NCBI RefSeq assembly: GCF_964194155.1
Contig: NC_135915.1
Span: 1,612,001-1,676,000 of the forward strand
Length of the DNA stretch: 64,000 nt
Direction of reading: 5' to 3'
Source of the DNA: Cetorhinus maximus
Taxonomy: Eukaryota
Shown: piece after piece, positions 35,510-48,690 of the stretch
Position numbering within the stretch: position 1 is the stretch's first letter
Layout of the letters: every line of letters begins with the position of its first letter
Program-made: the position numbers and the translations under genes
Notes under the pieces: generated by a model
What the model was told of the DNA's origin: nothing
The model's input: the letters and a program-made list of their open reading frames with translations, nothing else
Database searches by the model: none

Positions 35510-38232
35510 CTTAAATTTGGAAAGGGCTAGGAATCGAAATTCAAGCGCATCAGATAAAGGGATGACTAGGAGAAGGGGGACGGAAAATACAGGACTGGAG
35601 GTGTTGTATCTGAATGTGCTGTATCTGAATGCACGCAGTATATGAAATAAGGTAAATGAGCTTTTGGCGCAGATTGTAATTGGCAGGTATGATGTGGTGG
35701 GCATCACGGAGACATGGCTGCAAGGGGATCATAACTGGGAGCTAAATATCCAAGGATATACATCCTATTCAAAAGATAGGCAGGTTGGCAGAGGAGGAGG
35801 GGTTGCTTTGTGACTAAGAAATGAAATTAAATCGATAGCAAGAAACGACGTAGGGTCAGAGGATGCAGAATCTGTGTGGGTAGAGTTGAGGAACCGGAAA
35901 GGTAAAAAAATCATAATGAGAGTTATGCACAGGCCTCCAAACAGTAGTGTGGATGTGGGGCAAAAGATACACAAGGAGATAGAAAAGGCATGAAAGAAAG
36001 GCAAGGTTACAGTGTTCTTGGAGGATTTCAATATGCAGGTAGACTGTGAAAATGAGGTTCTTAGAGGATCCGAAGAAAAGAAAGTGTGGAATGTTTACGA
36101 GATGGCTTTTTGGTGCAGCTTGTGGTGGGGCCCAGAATTGACTGGGACATGAGCCTAGCAGGAAAGGCAGTGGAACAGCAATGGCAGGAGTTTCTGGGAT
36201 TAATTTTGGAGACACAGCAAAAATTCATCCCTAGGAAGAAGAAGCATACTAAAGGGAGGACGAGGCAACCACAGCTGACAAGGGAAGTCAGGGACAGCAT
36301 AAAAGCTAAAGAGAAAGCATTCAATGCGGCGAAGAGCATTGGGAAGCCAGTGCATTGAGAAGCCTACAAAGATCAAAAGAGGACAACTAAAAAATAAATA
36401 ACGAGAGATAAGATTTAACATGATCGTAAACTAGCCAGTAATATAAAAGAAGATTGCAAGAGTATTTTTTAGATATATAAAGGGTAAGAGAGAGGAAAAA
36501 GTGGTCATAGGGCCACTGGAAAATGAGGCTGGAGAAGTAGTAATGGGTAACAAAGAAATGGCGGAGGAACTGAATAAATACTTTATGTCAGTCTTCACGG
36601 TGGAAGACACGAATAACATCCCCAAAATGTAATAGAGTCGGAGGGCAGAGGTGAGTATGGTGAAAATTACCAAGGAGAAGGAGCTAGGAAAACTGAAAGG
36701 TCTGAAGTTGGATAAATCAACTGGACCTGATAGATTACAACCTGAGTTCAAAGGAGACAGCAGAAGAGATAGTGGAGGCGTTACTGGTGATCTTTCAGGA
36801 ATCACTGGAGTCTGGGAGGGTCCCAGAGGACTGGAAAATCGTTAATGTAAACTCCCTCCCACCCCTGTTTAAGAAGGGATTGAGGCAATAAAACGGGAAT
36901 TTACAGGCCTATTAGCCTGACCTCGGTAAGTGCATGGAAGTGCTTGGTAAAAAGGGCAAAGTCAACATGGTTTCATCAAGGAGAGTTCATGCCTGACAAA
37001 TCTGTTAGAAATCGTTGAGGAGGTAACGAGCAGGTTAGACAAAGGAGAGCCAATAGATGTTATCTACTAGGACTTCCAGAAGGCCTTTGACAAAGTGCAC
37101 ACAGGAGGCTGCTCAGTAAGATAAGAGCCCATGGTGCTAGAGGCAAGGTACTAGCATGGAAAGAAGATTGGCTGTCCAGCAGGAGGCAGAGAATGGGGGT
37201 CCTTTTCAAGATGGCGGACGGTAACTAATGGAGTTCCGCAAGGGTCAGTGATGGGACCACAACATTTCAGGTAATACATTAATGATCTAGATGAAGGAAC
37301 TGAGGGCATTCTGGCTAATTTTACAGATGATACAAAGATAGGTGGAGGGACAGGTAGTATTGAGGAGGCGAGAAGGCTGCAGATGGATTTGGCCAGGTTA
37401 GGAGAATGGGCAACGAAGTAGCAGATGGAATACAACGTGGGGAAGTGTGAGGGCATGCATTTTGGTAGGAATAATAGAGGCATAGACTATTTTCTAAATG
37501 GGTAGAGAATTCAGAAATCTGGAGTGCAAAGGAACCTGGGAGCACTAGTCATGATTCTCTTAAGGGTAACTTGCAGGTTGAGTAGGTAGATAGGAAGGTA
37601 AATACAATGTTGGCACTTATTTCGAGAGGATTAGAATATAAAAGCAGGGATGTGCTGCTGAGGATTTATAAGACTCTGGTCAGACCACATTTAGAATATT
37701 GTGAGCAATTTTGGGCCCCGTTTCTCAGGAAGGGTATTCTGGCCCTGGAGAGGGTCCAGAGGATGTTCACATGAATCATCCCAGGAATGAAAGGCTTAAC
37801 ATATGAGGAACGTTTGAGGACTCAGGGTGTATACTCGATGGAGTTTGGAAGGATGAGGGGGGATCTGATTGAAATTTACAGATTACTGAAAGGCCTGGAT
37901 AGAGTGGACGTGGGGAAGATGTTTCCATTAGTAGTAGAGGCTCGGACCCGATGGCACAGCCTCAGAGTAAAGGGAAGACCTTTTAGAACAGAGATGAGGA
38001 TAAACTTCTTTAGCCAGAAAGTGGTGAATCTATGGAATTCATTGCCACAGAAGGCTGTGAAGGCCAGGAATGTATTTAAGACCGAAATAGATAAGTTCTT
38101 GATTGGTAAGGGGATCAAACGTTACGGGGAGAAGGCGGGAGAATGGGGTTGAGAAACTTATCAGCCATGATTGAATGGCGGAGCAGACTCGATTGTCTGA
38201 ATGGTCTAATTTCTGCTCCCGTTTCTTCTGGT
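35510..38232 (+). mobile_element. CR1 LINE ORF2 (EN + RT, internally deleted) with 3' tail
   Basis: VLYLNARSI, YDVVGITETWLQG, KSTGPDRLQP, DFQKAFDKV, GVPQGSVMGP, FTDDTKIGG, and ORF 37787-38152 RMRGDLIEIY...FFSQKVVNLWNSLP. Confidence 0.9.
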
Positions 38233-38559
38233 CTCTCTCTCACTTCCTTTGTGTATGTGTTTGCATCAGTGGATATGTGTGCATGTGTGTGTGGCGGCTT
38301 CTCTCATTCTCTATTTCCCGCAATATTCGGCCCTCCGTCTGCCTAAATCTCTCTTTGCAACTTCCTTAGTCTGACTCTTATCCCAGCCTGTCTCTCTCAA
38401 TATCGCTCTGTTTCTTTTTTTCACTTTCAATCTGTCTCTCTCTATCTCTCTCTGTTTCGATCTCCCTCTCTCGTTTGCTCTCACGCTCTCCCCCTATGTC
38501 TGTCTCTCTCTCTGTGTCGCTACCAACTTCGCTCTCCCGCTTTGCTTCTGTGAGCAAAA

Positions 38560-39836
38560 TCAGCACAGGATTGCGCTAAGTGCAGTACTGTGTGGGAAGA
38601 AAGAAGCTTTATCCACCCCCCATCCGCCCGCGGCCGCAGTGGCAGCTTTTCACGCCATATGGTCCTCAGAGAGAGGGATCACGCCCTCTTGCTTCTGTGT
38701 GGCCTCTGAATGTTCCGTCGTGCTGTTGGCACACCGCTTGCTCCCTCCGGGTGCCATACATAAAATGCAGCTGCGCATCCTGTTCTCAGTGCTTGCAGAC
38801 CAGGATCCCACCACTGAAGACATGGTCCTGAAAGCCAAGAAGAGTTCAGTGGGCCGTTACTGGAATGCCTTTCGCTGGCCCAACCTGATGCCCTCCAACC
38901 CACTATGACCTCAGGAGGAGCAGCAATCGAACAACTCCAGCATGTGAGGGGTGATGCTGGTGGTCAGTGCCAATGATCCACAGAAACCTTTGGCCACCCT
39001 GTGCAGAAGGAGGGCGCGCAATCTCCTCCGTGCCGCTAGAGTAAGGTAGCCATCTTATCATTTTATCTTTAAACGCTCGCAAGGCCATCACACATTCACT
39101 GGCACCTCACTCATAGCCATTCAGTTGACATCACCACTCACAATGATCTACAGACGCTCACATCTCCATCAGGCCTCAACTAATCTGGAGAATGGCTCCT
39201 CAGCCCTGACAATCTTAAGTCCACATACAAGCACCAACATTTTCCCTCATACATCACTTTTGATAGCCCCCTCCCCCAGCACTGACCTCGCCCTGCAGCC
39301 TCTTCCCTTGCCTGAGGTCACTTCTCTCCCTTCCCCAAGCAAGCCCTAGCCCTGCTGCCGTTGCAAAGACACCTCTTCTTTACACTTGTATTATAGGCAG
39401 TGACCAGCCTGTGTGCCTCCCCCCCTCCCCCCACCCCGGCTAAAAGCGACATGGTGCTGCCTGCGAAGTCTGGCGCTGATGACCGCGAGTTCTACTCCAA
39501 ATAACGTAGACAAGCAAAACTCAAATTCTCCAGCACAGATCAGATCTCAGGTGCTCGTCCCTTATGTTCAGTTGAGAAACACGTCGGTGCGATTGCCTGG
39601 ATGGTCGTACGTTCTGGGATGAATCTGACGAGCATGGCCTATAATGATTTGCAGGGACATTAAAATGAATTTCCAGGAACCTGGCAGTGGGAAAGACGGC
39701 CTGGCATTGACTGGCGCAGCGGGTGATTGCAACTTGTTTTCATAGCGGCGTGAAAGTGAGTTTTGATCTTCCTGCCATTTTGTCACCTCAGGCCTAATGT
39801 CACACCCGACAGCAACGGGCATGGAAAACTCTGACC
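38560..39836 (+). mobile_element. PIF/Harbinger DNA transposon remnant (Myb/SANT-like accessory protein exon + terminal inverted repeat)
   Basis: 38940-39045 reads ACEGDAGG/VVSANDPQKPLATLCRRRARNLLRAAR|GTAAGG, like the trihelix pattern W..VA..VSA....R...QCRKR.NDL. End motif GGAAAACTCTGACC (39823-39836) matches the reverse complement of 58850-58863 at 12/14. Confidence 0.55.
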
Positions 39837-39837
39837 T

Positions 39838-40620
39838 GTGTCTATTTGTATCTCTCTCTCCCTCTCTCTCTCGCTGTCTCTCTCTCTTTCTCTCTCTACA
39901 TCTCTCCTCCCCTCTATGCTCTATCTCTATTTCGGTGCCTCGCTCCTTTGTGTCTCTGTTCCCTTCTCACTCTGTATCTCTCCCTTTCTCTCTGTTTTTC
40001 TCCCTCCCATCTCTCTCTCACTCCATATCATTATGTCTCTTTATTCACTCTCTCCCTTTCTCTCTCCCTACAATGTTTTCTCTCTCTCTCTCTCTCACTC
40101 TCTACCTCTCTCTCTCTCTCTCGCTCTCTCTCTCCGTCTAACTCTCTCTTTCTATTTTACCTCTGCCTCTTTACATCTCTGTCTGTCGGAGTCCCTCTCT
40201 CTCAATCTCTCCATCTTTATAGCTTTCTTGGCAACTCTTTATCTCTCTTTCCTTGCCTCTCCCTCTCTCTGACAATCACTCTCTCTTTGTATCTCTCTCT
40301 CTCTCTTTCTCTCTCTCTCTCCCTTTATCCCTGTCTCTCTCTCCCTCTCTCTCTCTCTCTTGCTCTGTGTTTCTCTGCCTGTGTCTATCACCATTCCAAT
40401 TCGTCATCTCTCCTTTCCCCTATTCCTCTCTCTATTTCATTCCCTTCTTTATTTCAGTCTCTCTACCTCTACTCGGCTCTCTTTATCACTGTGCATCTAT
40501 ACCTGCCTCTCTCCCACTGTCTCTCGTTCTCGCCGACTCTCTCTCCGCCTGTGTTTCTGTCTCTCCTTGTCAGCCTCTTCCCTCTGTCTCTCTCCATCTT
40601 TTCCTGTGTGTTTTTTTTCA
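39838..40620. repeat. (CT)n-rich low-complexity tract
   Basis: Direct inspection. Confidence 0.9.
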
Positions 40621-40877
40621 CGGTGAACAAGGTTGATGCTGTCATAATGTAACATAGTGGTCGTCAGATTGAACCAGCCAACTGGACGGGAAAGGTGTCG
40701 GTGGTGGCATTCTTTCCCTCCACACCTACCCGTTAATCCCGCTGGAAATTTGAAATCAAATGAGAATTGTCAGGAAATTCTGACTGATTCAGTTCCCCAA
40801 GTGAAAGTCTGTACGCCCGCTGCAAATATCAGTTAAAACGAGAGAAGCCTGGGAAGTCTGTAATTAAGTTCTTCGCT

Positions 40878-41745
40878 TTACTTAATGAATTGAAGAATTA
40901 TAGTAAACGGATATTTCAGCACATTTTTGGTCTCTGATCTTAGTAGGGGGTCATGGCATACACCGCAGTGCCTGTGCAGGAACGCAGCAGGTTCTGCATG
41001 AAGGCCATATCCTGAACAAAAGAATGCAGAAGCACAGAATAATACCCCAAAATTTTCATCCTGCCCCACTTAGAATAAATAATTAACATTGCCCATAACA
41101 GGAAGAAATTTGCCAACATAAGAAACAGTAAAATTGATTGATTTCCTTAGACTCCCCATCTCTGCAACTCTCGCCACTGCTGTGAGCCTACAGTCTCATG
41201 TGGGCTGTCTTGGTCACTAAAATGTGTATGACAGTGAAAACGTTGAGCAGCAGTATCAGGTCAACGGCACACCCGGGGTTAGAATGTTGTGGAGGCATTC
41301 GACTGTGGTCCAACGCGGAGATTCCAGAACTTAAATTTTTAACCCAACAAACCAAGGGGTGTTCAAATGCTGATACCCACCCGTTAAAATAATAGACCAG
41401 AATATGTTATTTATACAGTTCATCACAGCCACAGTTCCCAGCATCACAGCTGCTGTTTTCTAATTGGCATATTTATCTTTCAGCTTCTGGCAACAAATTG
41501 GTGAAAGGTGAAGGTTAAGGCAGAACAGTCAGCGGCTGTAGAAAACAGGATGGAACGGGTGTTACACAGGGGGATGGACTTCAGGAAATAAAACTGTTCC
41601 CAATAAACAGTCGGAATGTCTCTCAATATCAGGCCGAATATAACGACCAGTAGATCCGCCACTGACATGACCATTAGTAAACAAGTGAGACATTTGGAGA
41701 GACCACAACTTTTGCACTTGTGGATCACAATCGTGAACGTGTTAA
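40878..41745 (-). pseudogene. Exon 2 of a second GPR139/GPR142-like GPCR, decayed
   Basis: NTFTIVIHKCKSCGLSKCLTCLLMVMSVADLLVVIF...AADCS..TFTFHQFVA, KTAAVMLGTV and NVLKYPFTIILQFIK*. Several frameshifts. The acceptor is mutated to CTGACCG|TT. Confidence 0.85.
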
Positions 41746-42399
41746 CGGTCAGGAATGGAAATACACAATGGCATTTTACATCAGGCTGGGGCCAACGTTA
41801 CCAGCTTGATCAAAAGTTATTGATAGGTGCTCCAGAACCCTGTGATGTATTGTGATAAATGGACATGAAAGAACTAATGAGATGTTTCTTTGATACAATG
41901 GGATGAAGCAAAGAGTAAATAACAAGAACTGGTCGCAGACAGGCGACGCAGAAATGACAGGGGCAACATATGTGATGGTGCTAACCAGCAGTGACAGGGT
42001 ATCGGGGTTAACCGTGGTGATGGGTGAAGTGAGTAGTGATGGGGGAACATGGGTGGACAGGAGCCAGGCGTGATAGATGTGTTACAGATAGAGGAGAAAT
42101 TGGGAATAATTTCTCCTTAGATCCTGTTCTCTATTGAAGTTTCCTGAGCAGGAATGCTTTAACCACTTCAGTGCTGTATTTATTTAATGAAAAACAGTCG
42201 GGCGATGTTACCCGAAGCAGAAATAGGCCATCTTAGTGATAGTGTGAATGTATGACACCAATTTTGGAATAGTCTGGTTCAGCCTGAAACAGTTACCGGG
42301 AGAGGGATGGAATTGGGGGACAGGGTTTGGGGTGGGGATTTAAAACAAATATCCAACCTACCCAATATTTTATTTGAATGAAAGAGGTTTCAGATATGT

Positions 42400-43150
42400 C
42401 ATGTTGGGAGGATGAACATGGAGATACAAAACAAGTTAAATTGTGAATATCAATGTAGGGTGCAAGAACAGAGAGACCTGCGGTAATAGTGAACAAAACT
42501 CTGAAGTTGACAGGGCTGGATAATAAAGGTGCTAGTGAAATATGTGGAATTCTGGGCTTTATAATTGAGACACAGAGTACAAAATACAGGAGGTGATGGA
42601 GAACCAGAATCAAGGCCCAATTTGATTCCGCCTGGCGTTTTGTGTGCAATGTTGGGTTACACATTTCAGGAAGGATGTGAAAATCTTGAGGGAGCACAGA
42701 TGAGGTTTACTAGAATTACCCGCAATATGAGGGATTTTATCGGTACGTGGATAATGTGGAGAAGCTGGGATTGTTCTCCATAGATCACAGGATATTAAGA
42801 GGAAATTGGACGGAGCTAATTAGAATTATGAGTGGTGAAATAATTTAAATGTAGATATTAAGTTTCAGTCGCTGAGTGCCCGATTACCAAAGGGCACAGA
42901 TTCAAGCTGATTGATATAAAAAGTTAATGGGAGGGAAATCGTTTTACCTTAGTGAGTACGGTTGATTTGGAATCCACTGGCTGATAGGATTGTGGATATT
43001 GATTCTGAACCAATTTAAAGTAAAATCAAAACTATGAAGGGAGAAAAATACAGGGATCGGGAGGGAGCCAGAGAATGGGCCGATTGTGGACCTTCAAGAG
43101 AACCAATACAGACTGTGTAGGCTGAATTAAATCATTAAGTTTGGTTAAAT
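42400..43150 (+). mobile_element. Old CR1 LINE 3' fragment
   Basis: GILGFI, VQ.WV.HFRKDVKILEGAQMRFTR and KLGLFS remnants. Confidence 0.65.
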
Positions 43151-44069
43151 TTGATGATGCAAGCTTACACCTGACAGACATTGCCAATTTTCCTGGCCTT
43201 GCAAAATCCGCCACAGAACAGACTTGTAACCAAAAATGAAACACATGGGATTAAAGGCTGATAACAGCCAGGCATTGAAATTGGTTTTGCGACAGAAAGC
43301 AGAGAGCAGTGGAGAATGGTTGCTTTTTTTTCAGGTTATGAATAAGTGTCCAAGAGGGATCCAAGGCTCGGTGTTGGCCCCACTGATCTTATTATATGTT
43401 TTACTGCCTTGGGCTTAATCAAACACGAGTACTTGCAAATATTTCAAATGTTTAGAAAGTGAGAAATTATTATTAACAATGAGAAGGACAGTAAAATCAT
43501 TCAGGAAGACCGAGTGTCACTGGAGAAATGAATAGACACCTGAAAGATGCAGAGAAGAGTGAAATGAAACATGTTGATATAAAAAGGATAAAATGCAATA
43601 TACACCAAAATAATGCATTTAAAATCAGGAACTGGGACAGACAGGCATGCCGGGAGGTTGGGGTGTGTGCGATGGTTGCCAGACGGGGGAGGGGGTATGT
43701 TCTTGTGTTCGGTTTGTAAAACACGAGTCCGAACAATTCCTGACTTCAGAAACCTGCACCATCCTGCAAACTAGAAGGCTGCAATATTTCCATCTTAGAG
43801 AGACCACCCCACCCCTACTAGGGCTATCTGTACCTTGTTTGTCCTGCTATCTACCCTTAATTAGCACATTCCTTTAGATAATATCACCACCTTCAACACC
43901 TCTTGTCCTTTTGTCTGTGACATCTTTTGGTTATTCCAACTATCACCGGCTTCTTGTCCCAACAACCACCCTAACTCCGCCGCCCCCCAATCCCCCCCCC
44001 ACCCCCCACCCCACTCCCCCCCAACCCACCAAAACCAGCTTATATTTCACCCCTTTCCTATTTTTACTT

Positions 44070-44108
44070 AGTTCTGTTGAAGGGTCATGAGGACTCTAAA
44101 CGTCAACT
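44070..44108 (+). ncRNA. Degenerate hammerhead ribozyme, 5' pLTR
   Basis: AGTT-CTGTTGA-A-GGGTC(ATGAG)GACTC-TAAAC-GTC-AACT; GAAA mutated to TAAA. Confidence 0.5.
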
Positions 44109-47100
44109 GTGCTCTTCTCCACCGATGCTGCCAGACCTGCTGAGTTTTGCCAGGTATTTCTGTTTCTCTTTTTGTTTTGGATTTCCAGCATCCAGCTTTT
44201 TGTTTTTATCTCTGTGTTTAATTGACTGCCAACTCTCTTCAAGAAATGCCTACCTTGAAGAGGTTTTGCCCAACCCTCCGTCAGGATTTTTCGTATCTCT
44301 CTTTTGCCTTGTTCACCTTCATTGCTTTCCATTTCTCTCCTGGTGTTTCGCAAGGTGTTTACTAAAACCCGCTTTCACAGCCACATTTCCTTTCTCATTG
44401 ACTGTCTCCATCTCCAGCTTAACCCATGTGGATTTCAACTGAAATTCCATCCTTTATATTTGAACCCCCCCAGGATTACAGGTATCTCCGGGACATACAA
44501 CGTTCCTCGGATTGCTGTTCCCGTCGCATTCTGAGATCCACACTCAGTGCCATGCGCTGCCATATGAACACACTAGACCTCTCCCTCCAGCAGCACAACC
44601 GCACCATTTTTCAAAGCTGCGTGTGCCCCCAGTTTCATTTTATTCTTCGTCTCATCCAACGCCTCAACAAGAAACCTTTTCTCTTTCTCTCAAGTGCTAA
44701 GGAACGCAAGCTCCAACAACTCATCGACACCAACACCCATCCAGGACCCTCCACCCCTGGCTGTCCCTCTGTCCCCATCCCATCTTCCAATCCCAGCCCA
44801 GGCCATGTAATCACCATACCCCCTGACCTTCCCCTCTCCGACGCTGAACGTTCAGTGCTCAGCAAAGGACATGGTTTCATACCTTACGCCCTCATCTCAA
44901 TGAATTTTGGGCTTGGCACGATGCTGAACTCATCTTCCGCCGCCTTCATCTCCGTGCTCATTTCTTTGGGCAGGAGTCCTCTCCCCGTTCAATGGATCCT
45001 TTTACCCACCTCAAATATTCTCCCTCCACCTGGACCCCTCCCTCTGGATTCTTACCTTCTCTTGATCTTTTCATTGAGAACTGTCGGTGTGACATTAGTC
45101 ATCTCAATTTCTCTGCTTCTATCACCCACTCTAACCTGTCTCTCTCTGAACTTACTGCACTCTGTTCTCTCAGGTCCAACCCTAACATTGTCATCAAACT
45201 CGCTAACAAGGGTGGTGCTGTTGTTGCCTGGTGCACTGACCTCTACCTTGCAGAGGCTGAGCGTCAACTTGCAGACACTTCCTCCTACCTCTCCTTGGAC
45301 CATGACCCCACCACTGAACATCAAGCCATTGTTTCCAGGACTGTCACTGACCTCATCTCCTCTGGAGATCTTCCTTCCACAGCTTCCAACCTGATAGTCG
45401 CCCAACAATGGACGGCCCGCTTCTACTTCCTACCCAAAATCTACAAACAGGACTGTCCTCGCAGACCGATCGTGTCAGCCTGTTCCTGCCCCACGGTACT
45501 CATTTCTCGTTATCTTGACTCCCTCCTCTCTCCCCTTGTCCAGCCCCTTCCCACCTACATCCGTGATTCCTCTGACACCTTACGTCACATCAACAATTTC
45601 AGTTCCCTGGCCCCAACCACCTCCTCTTCACCATGGACGTCCAATCCCTCTACACCTCCATCCCCCACCGGGATGGTTTGGTGGCTTTCCGCTTCTTCCT
45701 CGAACAGAGGCCCGAACAATCCCCATCCACCAGTACTCTCCTCCATCTGGCTGAACTTGTTCTCACACTGAACAATTTCTCCTTTAACTCCTCTCACTTC
45801 CTCCAAATAAAAGGTGCAGCTATGGGTACCCGCATGGGCCCCAGCTATACCTGTCTCATTATGGGGCATGTGGAACATTCCTTGTTCCAGTCCTTCTCCA
45901 CCCTTCCAACAACTCTTTCTCCACTACATCGATGATAATTTCTTTGCAGCTTAATGCTCTCGTCGGGACCTGGAAACATTTATTAATTTTGCTTCCAATT
46001 TCCACCCCTCCATCATTTTCATGTGGTCCATCTCTGACAATTCCCTTCCCTTCCTTGAGCTCTCTGTCTCAATTTCTGGTGATAGACTGTACACCAATAT
46101 CTATTACAAGCCGACTGACTACCACAACTACCTCGGCTTCAGCTCCTCACACCCCGCTTCCTGTAAGGACTCCATCCTATTCTCTCAGTTCCTTCTCCTC
46201 TGTCACATCTGTTCTGATGATGCTTTTTCAAAAACAGTTCCTCTGACATGTCCTCCTTCTTTCTTAACCTAGGTTTTCCACCCACGGTAGTTGACAGGGC
46301 CCTCAACCGTGTCCGGCCCATCTCCGGCGCATCTGCCCTCATGCCTTCTCCTCCCTCCCAGAAACATGATGGAGTCCCCCTTGTCATCACTTAAAACCCC
46401 ACCAGCCTCCGCATTCAAAGGATCATCCACCACCATTTCAGCCAAATCCAGCATGATGCCACCACCAAACACATCTTCCCTTCACACCCCCGACAGCATT
46501 CCGTAAGGGTCGTTCCCTCCGTGACACCCTGGTCCACTCCTCCATCACCCCCTACTCCTCAACCCCCTCCCACGGCACCTTCCCATGCAGCCGCAGAAGA
46601 TGCAACACCTGCCCCTTGTCTTGCCCTTTCCTAACCGTCCAAGGGCCCAAACAGTCCTTTCAAGTGAAGCAGCATTTCATTTGCACTTCCCTTAACTTAG
46701 TCTACTGCATTCGTTGCTCCCAATGCGGCTTCCTCTACATTGGAGAGATCAAACGCAGACTGGGTGACCGCATCGCAGAACACCTTTGGTCCGTCCACAA
46801 CCATTGCCCAGACCTCCCTGTCGCTTGCTATTTCAGCACTCCACCCTGCCCACATGTCTGTCCTTGGTTGCTGCATTGTTCCAGTGAAACTCAACGCAAA
46901 CTGGAGGAACAGCACCTTATGTTCCGACTAGGCACTTTACAGCCTTCCGGACAGAATATTGAGTTCAACAATTTTAGATCATGAAATCCCTCCTCCATCC
47001 CCACCCCCTTTCCGTTTTTTCCCCCTCCTTTTTGTTTTTTCCAATAATTTATATAGATTTTTCTTTTCCCACCTATTTCCATTATTTTTAAATGTATTTC

Positions 47101-47403
47101 CACCCATTGTTTTCTCTCTACCTTTTAGCCTTTTTAGTATTCCTTCACCCCACCCCACCCCCACTAGGGCTATCTATACCTTGTTTGTCCTGCTTCCTAC
47201 CCTTAATTAGCACATTCCTTTAGATAATATCAGCACCATCAACACCACTTTGTCCTTTTGTCTGTGACATGTTTCGGTTATCTCCAGCTATCACTGACTT
47301 CTTGTCCCAGCACGCCCCCCCCCCCCCCCCGCCCCCCCCCCCCCCGCCCCCATCCACCACCTCTGAAACCAGCCTATATTTCACCCCTTTCCTATTTTTA
47401 CTT

Positions 47404-47442
47404 AGTTCTGTTGAAGGGTCATGAGGACTCGAAACATCAACT
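47404..47442 (+). ncRNA. Degenerate hammerhead ribozyme, 3' pLTR
   Basis: AGTT-CTGTTGA-A-GGGTC(ATGAG)GACTC-GAAAC-ATC-AACT; the ACGT palindrome is changed to ACAT. Confidence 0.5.
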
Positions 47443-48489
47443 TTGCTCTTCTCCACCGATGCTGCCAGACCTGCTGAGTTTTTCCAGGTATTTCTGTTTT
47501 TGTCAAGGAGTTGGCTGATTTGCTCTCCATTGCTGATATCTTTCAAAAAAGCGCAATATATCAATTTGCATTTTGCTTCGTATCTGGAACATTTCGTGCA
47601 TCCAATTTCAGCAGAGCCTGGAGATGTGCGTCATTGCTACAGCGGCGGACATTTTATTCGAATGCTTAACAGTTTGTCTGGGTGCCACTTCAGGCTGATT
47701 TTCCATAACCAGTTCACCATTTATGTCATCCATAAGCAGTGAGTCCTACTTAAGACATTTGTTGAAACCATGTTGAGTTCATGTTCCCGGCGTTTCAAAA
47801 TAAATCTCACTTTTGACACGCATTCTGTAGATTGCAGAAATAATAAGTTCTGACATTGCCTTATGTGCAGCGGAGTGATGCACCAAGCGTTTGATACACA
47901 GTTTATATTGCATTAGTGTTTGATGTAGCAATATAGATACACAGTGCATGCTCATTCAGAAATATAGATTCCATATTGCAATCTATTTGGGATGATATAA
48001 TAACCTCCACTTTCATAAGGATGAGTCCGATATTCAGTTGGAGAATTTTAAGAGTGCCTTGTTTCTCTGCTTTGATTAACTGACAATCAATGTTCCAGCA
48101 GTCCTTGTTTTATCCCAAATGGAGATCGACGTTCTACAAATTTTAAGTTTCCAAAGTGGACAGATCCTAAAGGAAAGAAATCCAGTAAATGACTGTGGTA
48201 CGGTGCCCACTAAACTGTGTAACTCATGGACAGAGCTGAGCTGTCCAGTGATCGGACGCTGCCTTTGAATTTTATCAGGAGCGCGAATTATTGGTGCACA
48301 TGCAGCAAACTTTCGAGACTGGGACAATAGAGCAGCTGCACACGTCCATCCCACTGCGAGCAATGGATTGCTTGTCAGCATCCTGCCCAAATGATGAAGC
48401 TGACAATTGCAGTTCATCGACAGTTGCCCGAGGTGTATGTTCAGCTTGCTTTCTGTGGAGCCCAGCCGGCACGAGCCCAGGACACCTGT

Positions 48490-48690
48490 CAGCCGGAAAG
48501 GAGAAAAAAAAAACCCTTTACAGTGAAAGCATGGACGGGTCCTACTCTTTCACTGTTTATCCTCTTCCCATTGATATGCTGATAGAATACCATGGGATTT
48601 TCCCTACCTTTACCAGCCATATCTTTCTCATGTCCCCTCTTTGCTCTCCTAATTATTTTCTTAAGCTCCACCCTGCACTTTCTGTACGTG
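48490..48690 (-). mobile_element. CR1 ORF2 internal fragment
   Basis: ORF 48489-48671 ELKKIIRRAKRGHEKDMAGKGRENPMVFYQHINGKRINSERVGP. Confidence 0.75.

Larger units (their letters stand above)
27540..35510. repeat. 8-kb CT-rich composite microsatellite with a ~1.5-kb higher-order unit (4-5 copies)
   Basis: Unique anchors recur: GCTTGCTAAACTTCCCTTTGTCT-like at ~28531, 30330, 31761 and 33297; CCTATGTCACACACTCTG-like at ~29264, 30767, 32238 and 33836. Confidence 0.85.
43805..47500 (+). mobile_element. Near full-length Penelope-like element (RT + GIY-YIG), flanked by direct pseudo-LTRs, in the intron of GPCR gene 2
   Basis: IVIKLANKGGAVV, ARFYFLPKIYK...RPIVSAC, MDVQSLYTSIPH, GAAMGTRMGPSY, IYYKPTD and VYCIRCSQCGFLYIGEIKRRLGDRIAEH. 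Direct repeats at ~43805-44165 and ~47155-47500. Frameshifted. Confidence 0.92.

Noticed and set aside
27409-35645. Very long Leu/Ser/Cys-rich ORFs (up to 766 aa)
   Set aside because: Artefacts of CT/GT microsatellite sequence, which lacks stop codons; some run through N gaps.
44426-45394. 322-aa ORF as an independent gene
   Set aside because: It is the Penelope ORF N-terminus shifting out of frame after a frameshift.
47313-47352. Poly-C run / G-quadruplex
   Set aside because: A slippage-expanded C tract inside the Penelope pLTR, also present in the other pLTR at ~43980; no independent evidence of function.
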